Source: a virus. Taken from it: DNA of 31,772 bases. Position 1 is the stretch's first letter. Every line of letters begins with the position of its first letter. Below, one piece after another: positions 15,457-23,100 of the stretch. The position numbers and the translations under genes are program-made. A model generated the notes under the pieces. It was not told where the DNA came from and made no database searches. It saw nothing but the letters and a program-made list of their open reading frames with translations. Location of the stretch: IMG/VR virus record IMGVR_UViG_3300019890_000002, positions 1 to 31,772 of that record; one strand, 5' to 3'.

Positions 15457-15879
15457 TTAGCTCCAGGTGGGGACGTTCCCGTCGGCGAGCACGCCGGGGA
15501 CGGCCCATGTCAGCTCGCCGGACGCGGCCCGGGTTAGCGGGTAGTCGGTGTACAGGCAGTTGACGCCGCCGGAGCTGGCGGAGTCGTTCAGCGTCTGCGA
15601 ATTGACTACCAGCGTGGTGAGCCGGGCCACCGACGTGGACGGGACGGTCTTGAACACGGGGTGCGAGACCGCCGAGTTGAATACGCCGTTGAGGGTGACG
15701 GAAAAGTCGGCGAGCAGCAGCAGCCGCTCGTTTGCGGACTTGTCCACACCGGTGACGTCCTGGACGGCCCGCGGGGTGGAGAACGACAGGTTTGTCACGT
15801 CATTCTTGATGACGGTCGGCGAGGCGCTGGCGTCACTCACGGTGAGAGTCGTCCAGCCCAGGCCCGATGCCTTTGCCAT
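15457..15879 (-). CDS. Tail-tube-like protein (140 aa), paralog of the N-terminal half of the 241-aa protein
   Basis: QDVTGVDKSANERLLLLADFSVTLNGVFN aligns with LDVTGIKSFATERIGGLRSGDLQFTSWFN of the 241-aa protein. Confidence 0.6.
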   Translation of the reverse strand: MAKASGLGWTTLTVSDASASPTVIKNDVTNLSFSTPRAVQDVTGVDKSANERLLLLADFSVTLNGVFNSAVSHPVFKTVPSTSVARLTTLVVNSQTLNDSASSGGVNCLYTDYPLTRAASGELTWAVPGVLADGNVPTWS

Positions 15880-15894
15880 GATCTTCTTCCTTTC

Positions 15895-16347
15895 TCAGCC
15901 CTGGCGGAACCGGTCCGCGAGGCGATCCTGATGATTGGCGAATGAGTCGAGCCAGTCGTCTGGGCTGACGTGCTCGCGGCGTTCCCCGTGCGGATTCCCG
16001 CGCCAGTCACCGCCGCGTTCAATGAAATGCTCGGGGCGTTCCAGGCGCACTTTGTGTTCACCGGAGCGGAAGCACCGCTGCCCAGCCGGGTAGGTGAAGT
16101 CGGTCAGCCCATCCGGGCGCTTGTCCTCGGTATGTGCACGGGCGCTGTCATGGCGGATGTAATGCGCCTGGCGCTGGCCCAGTTCGGTGCTCTCGTCCAC
16201 CTCGGTGCGCCAGCCGGACAGGAAGTGCGGGCAGGCCACTTCCTCGCACGTCGCCTGCCGCCAGTGCGTCGAGAGCGGAGCTGCAATCTGGTAGCTCTTG
16301 TACGACGTGGCGGGCATCTGCGGGTCGATGCGGAACGGCTGGTGCAT
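15895..16347 (-). CDS. Hypothetical Cys/His- and charge-rich protein (150 aa) between the two tube paralogs
   Basis: Contains ATCEEVACPHF, GQRCFRSGEHK and many Arg/Glu/His. Composition differs from the neighbouring structural proteins. Confidence 0.6.
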   Translation of the reverse strand: MHQPFRIDPQMPATSYKSYQIAAPLSTHWRQATCEEVACPHFLSGWRTEVDESTELGQRQAHYIRHDSARAHTEDKRPDGLTDFTYPAGQRCFRSGEHKVRLERPEHFIERGGDWRGNPHGERREHVSPDDWLDSFANHQDRLADRFRQG

Positions 16348-16348
16348 T

Positions 16349-17074
16349 TCAGAAATCCACCTTCACCGTGTTGCGGGCGAACATCACTGCGAATGTCGCC
16401 GAGGTGAAGGTGCCGGAGGTGACGACCTCGATGTAGCGGTCCACCGTCCCGGTCACCGCGACCCGCTGGGCACCCGCAGTGGTCGCCGCGGTGAAGGCGA
16501 TCAGGTCGGTGAACGTGCTGTTGTCCGTCGAGTGCCGCACCTTCACCGTCACCGAGGTCCCGGTGATCGCAGTCACCTGCAGGTAAGCCTGGGCACCGAA
16601 GGAAGTGCCGGCCGCCTCGTCTTTCGAGGTATGGGTCGTCGCCGTGGTGTCAGTGATCAGGCCGGCGGTGAGCAGCTCGCCCCACTCCAGGCCGTACGAG
16701 TTCGACTGGACTTCGATCTTGAAGGACAGCGAGCCGTCCGCACCGCGGGTCGGGTCATAGTTCAGCTGCTTGCCATTGATACTGAACGCCGGGTTGCCGA
16801 TGGCAGGTGAGGCGAAATAGCCGGACCCGATGACGTCCGTGGCAGGCAGGGTTTTCAGCACGGCGTGCTCCTGTCCCGTGCCGATGTTGAACCACGAGGT
16901 GAACTGCAGGTCACCGCTGCGCAGGCCGCCGATGCGCTCGGTGGCGAACGACTTGATGCCGGTCACGTCCAGTGGAGCCGGACCGCCGGAGATGGAGTCC
17001 AGGGAGCCGACGTCGCCGGACAGGTCGTGCCCGCTGATCAGGAACGTCGCACCGAGGCCGGACTGCTTACTCAT
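16349..17074 (-). CDS. Major tail (tube) protein candidate (241 aa)
   Basis: Position between the neck genes and the chaperones. Thr/Ser/Gly-rich beta-type sequence. Has a paralog at 15457-15879. Confidence 0.6.
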   Translation of the reverse strand: MSKQSGLGATFLISGHDLSGDVGSLDSISGGPAPLDVTGIKSFATERIGGLRSGDLQFTSWFNIGTGQEHAVLKTLPATDVIGSGYFASPAIGNPAFSINGKQLNYDPTRGADGSLSFKIEVQSNSYGLEWGELLTAGLITDTTATTHTSKDEAAGTSFGAQAYLQVTAITGTSVTVKVRHSTDNSTFTDLIAFTAATTAGAQRVAVTGTVDRYIEVVTSGTFTSATFAVMFARNTVKVDF

Positions 17075-17544
17075 AAGCTCACCTGCTCAAAGAGATCGTT
17101 AACGAGAACCGGCATCACGATGACCATCACCCGGTAGATGCGGCCGTCCATGTTCACGTAGCCAGCGGCTGCCGACAGTGCCTGGCCGTGCTGGCCGAGC
17201 AGGTCCACGTTCCGGGTGCCACCGGCGCCGCCTAGCTCGAACTGGCCGGTGTAGTCATCCAGCAGGCCGCAGACCGCTCCGAGGATGTTCGGGTCAATGT
17301 CGTCCTGCGGCTCGCCGAGCATGTTGCTGTAGACCCGGATGTGGAAAGCCACCCGCCCGGATGTCGCGGCCAGGCCCGACGAGGTGACCGGGTCGATGGT
17401 GTCCACCCAGATCGCGCAGTACAGCCCGTTTCCTGGTGCGCTTTTGGGCTCATGGGTGTTGACGCGCTCGAAGTAGCCGATCGCCATGGCGTGGCTGACG
17501 AGAGCGTTCAGCAGGTCGCGCACCGCGGCGCCGTCGAAGCTCAC
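17071..17544 (-). CDS. Neck or tail-terminator-like protein (157 aa)
   Basis: Called on synteny (between the gp10-like and tube genes) and overlapping start/stop codons. Confidence 0.45.
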   Translation of the reverse strand: MSFDGAAVRDLLNALVSHAMAIGYFERVNTHEPKSAPGNGLYCAIWVDTIDPVTSSGLAATSGRVAFHIRVYSNMLGEPQDDIDPNILGAVCGLLDDYTGQFELGGAGGTRNVDLLGQHGQALSAAAGYVNMDGRIYRVMVIVMPVLVNDLFEQVSL

Positions 17545-17957
17545 GGCGTGCCGCCCATCTGGACGATGAACTGGTCCAGGCTGCCCTGGGCGATGTCCTT
17601 GGCTTCCTTGCGCAGCTGCGCCCGGGTCCGGCGGAACTGGTGGTAGCCCTTGAACCGGGTCGAGCTGTTGCGCTTCGACTCACCCTCAAGCCAGGGCCCG
17701 TAGACGATGCCGCCGTCATCCACGATCTGGTCGTTATAGGTGGTCATGCGGGTCCGGAAGGTGCCGGCGTAGTGGCCGGTGGAGCGCCCGGTCTTGTCCA
17801 TCTTGAGGGCGCGCTCCATGAGGACGTCGACCCCGCGCTCGGCGACATCCTTCTTCGCCTTGTCGAGCCAGCGGAACATGGCTGCGGTGGCCCTGCCGTC
17901 GAAGACCGGCCCGGACTGGCTGGTGTTGACGGTGACGTTGATGCGGGACTTGGCCAT
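17541..17957 (-). CDS. HK97 gp10-family head-tail joining protein
   Basis: From ATG 17957: MAKSRINV...GHYAGTFRTRM...GIVYGPWLEGESKRN...FKGYHQF. The YG.WLE core is typical of the gp10 family. Confidence 0.6.
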   Translation of the reverse strand: MAKSRINVTVNTSQSGPVFDGRATAAMFRWLDKAKKDVAERGVDVLMERALKMDKTGRSTGHYAGTFRTRMTTYNDQIVDDGGIVYGPWLEGESKRNSSTRFKGYHQFRRTRAQLRKEAKDIAQGSLDQFIVQMGGTP

Positions 17958-17958
17958 G

Positions 17959-19014
17959 TCACACGACCCGCACCCGGGACTTGCGCCCATAGCGGGCGCA
18001 GGCGCGGGCCTGAAGGTCAGCCAGGCCAGCGCCAGAAGCGTTACGCGTGGTATCGCCGGTGCCCACGGTGCGCGCGTAGCCGGAGGTCTTCTGCAGCACC
18101 GTGTTCTCGGCCAGGGCGACAGCCAGCTCGGTGATCAGCGGCGGGGGGACATGCCGGGAGACCGCAGCCGCTGAACTGTGCGGCGCCGCGGTGGTGCCCA
18201 GTGCGCCACGGGCGGCAGACAGCTGCCGGTTCGCATAGATCGTGCCCGAGGTGTGCGCGGTGAGGATCGTGCCTTCCCAGGCGCGCTTGACGACCAGGGC
18301 GCCGCCGGTCGTGTCGCTGATGTACATCCGTTCAGCGTCGAGGAGCAGCACCTCGCCGGGACTGAACACGGTGACGTCAGGGACCGCGACCAGGTTGTCG
18401 TTCGCCTGCGCGGTAGCGGGCCCGGTGAAGCTCACCCCGGTGCTGACCATGGCCCGGTCTGTGACGAGCAGCCGCTCAGAGCCGATGAGCAGGACGTCAC
18501 CCACGCCGGCCCGGGAGCCGTCTGTAACGGTGATCGTGGTGTCGTCGTCGGCCGCATCAGCGGACAGCGCACCAGCTGGGGCAGCCTGCGCGGTGTAGCC
18601 CCAGGTGCCGGTGATCGCCACGTCATGCTGGGGGGTGGGACCTGAACCGAACGCCGCGTTTGTGGAACGGTCCAGCTCCATGTAGACGTACGGCTCGTTA
18701 GCTTCCTTATCCACCGGCTCGAAGAAAATGTCGTCCAGCGGGATCGTCACGCCCCCGGTGGTGACCAGTGTCGCCACGATCAGGTCGTACTGCTCGAACC
18801 AGATACGCCACGGGTAGGCACCCTGGAAGTTGGGCCAGTCGAAATACTTGATGCCGTCTTCCGGATAGAACCGGCGGTGCAGGATGCCGTAGATGTCGTT
18901 CGCGGCGGCCTGGATGGCGTTGTCCACCAATGAGATCGAGCGCTGCGTGGGATGAAAATCCAGCGCCAGCATCACTTCATCCCGCGTGCAATAGCACGGC
19001 GAACTAACCGCCAT
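17959..19014 (-). CDS. Head-tail adaptor-like protein with a large insertion (351 aa)
   Basis: N-terminal YCTRDEVMLAL is typical of gp6-like connectors. Synteny also supports the call. Confidence 0.45.
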   Translation of the reverse strand: MAVSSPCYCTRDEVMLALDFHPTQRSISLVDNAIQAAANDIYGILHRRFYPEDGIKYFDWPNFQGAYPWRIWFEQYDLIVATLVTTGGVTIPLDDIFFEPVDKEANEPYVYMELDRSTNAAFGSGPTPQHDVAITGTWGYTAQAAPAGALSADAADDDTTITVTDGSRAGVGDVLLIGSERLLVTDRAMVSTGVSFTGPATAQANDNLVAVPDVTVFSPGEVLLLDAERMYISDTTGGALVVKRAWEGTILTAHTSGTIYANRQLSAARGALGTTAAPHSSAAAVSRHVPPPLITELAVALAENTVLQKTSGYARTVGTGDTTRNASGAGLADLQARACARYGRKSRVRVV

Positions 19015-19092
19015 CCTGGACCCTGCTTTCTTGCCCGAGAACCCGGCGATCTGAGCGAGCCACCGGGTGGGACTGGCTGCCTTCAGGATAGC

Positions 19093-19104
19093 TGGTCTAG
19101 ACCA
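19093..19104. promoter_or_regulatory. Perfect palindrome TGGTCTAGACCA (DasR/HutC-type GntR operator-like) in the 117-bp gap inside the late operon
   Basis: Sequence context is gcTGGTCTAGACCAtt. The palindrome is identical to the 12-bp core of the Streptomyces dre element. Confidence 0.45.
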
Positions 19105-19131
19105 TTGGTACTAGCGCTGACCTGCAGTGGT

Positions 19132-19434
19132 TCAGAGGGCGGCTGGTTCCACCTCCCAGGAGTCCACCCCGATGGCCTGCACAGTCCCGGTGCCGGTCCA
19201 TTCGACGATCCATAGCTGTCTCGCCGGGCCGGCCCAGCCGCTGGTGTCCAGATCAGCGTGATACGCGCCGGTGCCGTCTTTCACGATTGGCGAGTCGGGA
19301 TAGGTGACGGTGGTGGTGTCCCCCGCGTCGGCCTTGTACTGGAGCACCACCGAACTGGGGTCGGCGGGAGTCCCGCTGGTGTCGGTGTACGCAGCCGAGC
19401 TGCGGATCAGTGAACCGGACATGTATGTGTTCAT
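19132..19434 (-). CDS. Hypothetical protein (100 aa), Ig-like beta composition
   Basis: ATGA overlap with the upstream 885-aa gene. Confidence 0.6.
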   Translation of the reverse strand: MNTYMSGSLIRSSAAYTDTSGTPADPSSVVLQYKADAGDTTTVTYPDSPIVKDGTGAYHADLDTSGWAGPARQLWIVEWTGTGTVQAIGVDSWEVEPAAL

Positions 19435-22088
19435 AGCGCGCTCCCTACCAGTACGTGCTCGACGAGGGCTGAGGTGACGGTGACCTTCGCGGCGGTGTTG
19501 CTGACCTGCACTTGCCTGAGAAGAACGGACGTGACGGTCACTTCCGCGGCGGTGTTACTGAGCTGAACGGCGCTGGGCTGCGCGTGGGTGACGGTGACAG
19601 CCCCTGGGGTCTGTATCTCGGAGCCGCTCACTGTTATGGCGGGCAGCGCCAGGCTGCCCGCAGCGGTGACCGGCGCGATGACTGCGGCGGTGGCCGCCAG
19701 GGTGCTGTGCGGGAGGGTCAGGCTGCCGGCAGCCGTGCTTGTCTCAGTGGCCGTGCCAGCCAGGCCGGGGACGGCCACAGCCACTGAACCTGCGGCGGTG
19801 CTCGTCTCAGTAACGGTGACTGCCAGCGCGCTGTGCGGGAGGGCGACGGAGCCAGCGGAGGTGTTCTCCATGCTGGCCACGCCAGCCAGGCCCGCTGCGG
19901 AGAGCGCCGTCGAGCCGGCGGACGTGGACTCTTCAGCGGCTGCGCCAGAGAGACCCGCAGCGGGGAGCGCGAGGGAGCCAGCAGCCGTGGATTCTTCGGT
20001 GGCGCTCCCCGACATGGCCGTGGCAGGCACGGCCATCAAGCCTTCAATGCTCCCCGCCGGGGTTTCGGTGGCCGTGCCCAGCAGGCTGACCGCCGGCAGC
20101 GCCGCGCTGCCAGAGCTGGTGGACTCTTCAGTGGCGCTGCCGGCCAAGGTGCCTGCAGGCAGCGCGATGGAGCCAGAGCCGCCGGGGGTGGTAGCCGTTG
20201 CCGTGCCGGCCAGGGTGGTGACGGGGAGGGCCGCTGAACCGGCAGCCGTGGACTCTTCGCTGGCGTCCCCTGACAGGCCCGCAGCGGGCAGCGCCAGGGA
20301 ACCTGCGGACGTGGACTTCTCGGTGGCGGTCCCGGACATCACGGTCCGCGGGAGCGCGATGGAGCCGGCGCACGACGACGAGGACGCTGCCCCGGACAGC
20401 CCTCCTGCGTGCAGTGCGGCGCTGCCGGTGGATGTGGATGCCTCAGTAGCAGCGCCGGTGAGGGCACCTGCGCGGAGGGCGAGACCGCCTGAACATGACG
20501 AGGACGAGCCAGTCCCCGACGTGGCGGTCCGCGGGAGCGCCAGGCTCCCCGTGGCCTTGGTCGTCTCGGTGACGGTGACAGCGAGGCTGTAGCGCCGCGT
20601 AGCCGTAGATCCGGTGGATGTGGACTTTTCAACGGCGGCGGCGCTGATGCCGTAGCGCCGGACCGCGGCCGACCCGGTGGACGTGGTCGCCTCGGTGACG
20701 GTGCCCGCGATACCGGCCTTCGGGAGCGCCACGGAGCCGGTGGAGGTGTTAGACGTCGTCGCCAGCTTGATGACGGCGATACAGGCGGCACCGTTAGCGT
20801 CCGCAGAAGGAGTCCACGAGCAGGTGACGCCACCGCTGCTCGTGTTCATGCTGGCGACACCGACGTCCTGGAAACTGTTCCCGTCGATGGACGCGGCGGT
20901 GTTCTTGACGAACCCGGCACCCGCTACCGTCCATGTCGCTGATGCCCAGTCCGCGATCAGGCAGAGGGCCAGCTCGCCTGCCCCGGCGACAGCGGACGTG
21001 GTGCCCGCGCTGACGTTCTCGATGCCTTCCCCGGGTGGGGTGGCTGCGACGGACACGTCGAGGCAGCCGCTGCCCGCGGAGGCGTCCAGTCCGCTGTATT
21101 CAGCCGCGGTCCAGCCGTATTCCGAAGGACTTGGCGTCGCCCCGGCGACGGTGATCGTCAGCGTGCCGGTACTGGTAGCGACGGCGGTCCAGATGTCACC
21201 GTAAATGTTGTCGGCGACGATGCTATTACTGATCAATTTCGTATAGAGATTGCCCTGCGAGTCGGTCACCGAGCTGACGTCGCCACTGCCGAAGTTGCTG
21301 CCGGTGAAAACGAAGACCCTGTTCCCGCTGGTGACGCTCGACCCGAATGTGGCGGCTATGGTCGCCGTTGTGCTCGGGGTGGACTTCAGGGACTGCGCCA
21401 GCGCCCAGGCCGGCGTTACTGGCGGGGAGACCACGAGAATGAGCGCCGACTCGGTCGTGGACGTGCCGTGCGCCAGGGCAACGCTGAGCGTGCTGCCGGA
21501 CGAGGGTGCGGACGAGTCCCAGAACACGGCCATCTGGGACCGGGCCGAGGCGGTCTGGTTGGTGGTGCACGCGGTCCACCCGGACGGCGTGGTCCAGGTG
21601 ATCGTGGCAGCGGTGGTGCCGTGGCCGCAGACAATCCCGGCGAGCGCGAAGCAGCCGCCGGACGGCACGTTCATGGTGGTCGCGGGAGACAGGGTGCCGG
21701 TCGTGCCGGTTGCGGTGCCGTCCGTCGCGGCCACCGGGGTGCCACCGCCGCTGTCGGACAGCACGAACATGACACAGGCGATGGTGGCGTCCGCCGCGGT
21801 CCCAGTTTCAGTCCCGTTGAAGACGGGGGCGGTGTCAGTGCCCGCCGCGACCTTCGTGTAGTACGCGGTGACGTCCCGGCTGGAACCGGTGACCGACTGG
21901 ATCAGTGTCCACCCGGATGGGGCCGCACCGAGTACCCCCGTGGTCGTGCCGTACACCGTGACCACGCCGACGAGCAGGTTCCCCGCGGTGCGGGTCTGCC
22001 CGGTGCCCCACGTTGCAGTGACCGTCTGCGTCGTGGTGGTGAACGCCGCCGACGCGACAGCAGGCGTGCCGACCGAGGAGACGGTCAT
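19431..22088 (-). CDS. 885-aa repeat protein: two roughly 220-aa N-terminal domains plus about 18 tandem 21-aa Ser/Thr/Ala/Gly repeats
   Basis: Continuous GC3-rich ORF with RBS GGGAGGTGAG. Repeat unit is T-S-x-G-S-x-A-L-P-x-x-G-L-x-G-x-A-T-E-x-S. Confidence 0.8.
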   Translation of the reverse strand: MTVSSVGTPAVASAAFTTTTQTVTATWGTGQTRTAGNLLVGVVTVYGTTTGVLGAAPSGWTLIQSVTGSSRDVTAYYTKVAAGTDTAPVFNGTETGTAADATIACVMFVLSDSGGGTPVAATDGTATGTTGTLSPATTMNVPSGGCFALAGIVCGHGTTAATITWTTPSGWTACTTNQTASARSQMAVFWDSSAPSSGSTLSVALAHGTSTTESALILVVSPPVTPAWALAQSLKSTPSTTATIAATFGSSVTSGNRVFVFTGSNFGSGDVSSVTDSQGNLYTKLISNSIVADNIYGDIWTAVATSTGTLTITVAGATPSPSEYGWTAAEYSGLDASAGSGCLDVSVAATPPGEGIENVSAGTTSAVAGAGELALCLIADWASATWTVAGAGFVKNTAASIDGNSFQDVGVASMNTSSGGVTCSWTPSADANGAACIAVIKLATTSNTSTGSVALPKAGIAGTVTEATTSTGSAAVRRYGISAAAVEKSTSTGSTATRRYSLAVTVTETTKATGSLALPRTATSGTGSSSSCSGGLALRAGALTGAATEASTSTGSAALHAGGLSGAASSSSCAGSIALPRTVMSGTATEKSTSAGSLALPAAGLSGDASEESTAAGSAALPVTTLAGTATATTPGGSGSIALPAGTLAGSATEESTSSGSAALPAVSLLGTATETPAGSIEGLMAVPATAMSGSATEESTAAGSLALPAAGLSGAAAEESTSAGSTALSAAGLAGVASMENTSAGSVALPHSALAVTVTETSTAAGSVAVAVPGLAGTATETSTAAGSLTLPHSTLAATAAVIAPVTAAGSLALPAITVSGSEIQTPGAVTVTHAQPSAVQLSNTAAEVTVTSVLLRQVQVSNTAAKVTVTSALVEHVLVGSAL
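19614..20750 (-). repeat. About 18 in-frame tandem repeats of roughly 63 nt (21 aa)
   Basis: GS.ALP units begin at aa 451, 472, 493, 514, 534, 555, 575, 596, 617, 639, 660, 679, 704, 725, 746, 767, 788 and 811 of the 885-aa protein. Confidence 0.85.
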
Positions 22089-22115
22089 GACTCACCTCCC
22101 AGAGGCGAGCCCCGA

Positions 22116-22526
22116 TTAGCTCTGCAACTGCGTGATCGTGAAACTGGAGCAGGACACCGTCGCACCGGAGCTGATCGTCAGCGAGTTCAGGTTCAGGTCA
22201 GCAGCCGAGGTGCCCACCGAACCGGTCGCCACCACCGTGGAATCGTCGGTCTTCACCAGCGCGAAATATCCGGCGGTGCCACCGACGGCGCTCGTGTCCG
22301 AGGTAATCGAGTTCGCTGTCGCGGTGACCGTCCCGGCCGAAGCGCTGGACGCGCCAAACGCGGTCGAGCCGAACGTCAGTTTCGCGATCTTCGTTCCGGT
22401 CAGCGACCCGTCCACCGCAGGCTGCCCGCCGGAGTAGATCTCCAGGAAGCCGGAGTTCAGCAGCGTGGCGATAGCGTCAAGATTGGTCTTCAGCTGCGTC
22501 TGGTAAAACTTCGGGGCATTAGCCAT
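22116..22526 (-). CDS. Hypothetical virion-associated protein (136 aa)
   Basis: GC3-rich ORF in the capsid-proximal island. Ser/Thr/Ala/Gly-rich. Confidence 0.6.
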   Translation of the reverse strand: MANAPKFYQTQLKTNLDAIATLLNSGFLEIYSGGQPAVDGSLTGTKIAKLTFGSTAFGASSASAGTVTATANSITSDTSAVGGTAGYFALVKTDDSTVVATGSVGTSAADLNLNSLTISSGATVSCSSFTITQLQS

Positions 22527-22532
22527 GGCTGC

Positions 22533-22736
22533 TCACATCCCTGCCTGAGTATCTGGGTCATAGTCGCGGGGATACTGCCAGCCGTCGAAACGGCAGTAGA
22601 GAATCCCTGGTGCTTGCGGTGGCCCCCACTGCAACGGCTCACCGTCATTCGGGCACGCCACCGGGGGCTGCGCCCGGTAGTACTCGATGTACGCAGCCCG
22701 CTCTTTAAGCGTGGTGTCCAGTGCCCACCAGGACAT
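22533..22736 (-). CDS. Hypothetical protein (67 aa)
   Basis: GC3-rich ORF, 1 nt from the upstream stop codon. Confidence 0.55.
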   Translation of the reverse strand: MSWWALDTTLKERAAYIEYYRAQPPVACPNDGEPLQWGPPQAPGILYCRFDGWQYPRDYDPDTQAGM

Positions 22737-22737
22737 G

Positions 22738-23100
22738 TCAGCCCGCCTTGTCCCGGTTCGCGTACGCGTCGAGAACCAGCTGGGGGAGCTTGCCCCGGGC
22801 CGCTACCTCAAGGCCCTGGTCCGCGGCCCAGGCGCGGACCGCAGCAGTAGGCGAGTCGTCCTCAGGCTGCTCCGCCTCCGGCGCAGGAAGGCTGACGCCG
22901 CCGCTGGCCGTCACCCCGGAATCCTCAGCTTCCGGCGCGTCCTGCGCTGCCCAGCGGTTGCTGGTACCACCGCTCGTGGCCTTCGGCATTTCACGCTCCT
23001 TTCCGCACATTGGGCACCGGGTCAGGGCAGAAGCGATGGCCAGGCAGCCGCAGCTGTCACAGGTCCACATCTGATACCCCCACGACGATTGCCATGTCAC
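22738..23100 (-). CDS. Zinc-ribbon / Lsr2-type DNA-binding-domain fusion protein (120 aa)
   Basis: N-terminus CDSCGC...CPMCG, an acidic linker, then C-terminus AAVRAWAADQGLEVAARGKLPQLVLDAYANR. This matches the Lsr2 C-domain pattern (IREWA...G..VS.RGRIP..V..AY). GTGA overlap with the GT gene. Confidence 0.65.
   Translation of the reverse strand: MTWQSSWGYQMWTCDSCGCLAIASALTRCPMCGKEREMPKATSGGTSNRWAAQDAPEAEDSGVTASGGVSLPAPEAEQPEDDSPTAAVRAWAADQGLEVAARGKLPQLVLDAYANRDKAG

Noticed and set aside
17086-17105. AAAGAGATCGTTAACGAG shares 13 nt (AAAGAGATCGTTA) with the palindrome region at 28586-28598.
   Set aside because: The symmetry centre differs (TCGTTAACGA versus GATCGTTAGC-N-GCTAACGATC). It lies at a coding junction, and by my rough estimate single 13-mer matches within a 32-kb sequence are expected by chance.
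19614-20750. Regular roughly 63-nt repeats that could be mistaken for a CRISPR array.
   Set aside because: The repeats are contiguous with no unique spacers, degenerate, and in-frame within a long GC3-rich ORF. No cas genes are present.
7856-22088. A diversity-generating retroelement acting on the tail or repeat proteins.
   Set aside because: No reverse transcriptase ORF and no template/variable repeat pair with adenine-specific differences could be seen anywhere in the window.
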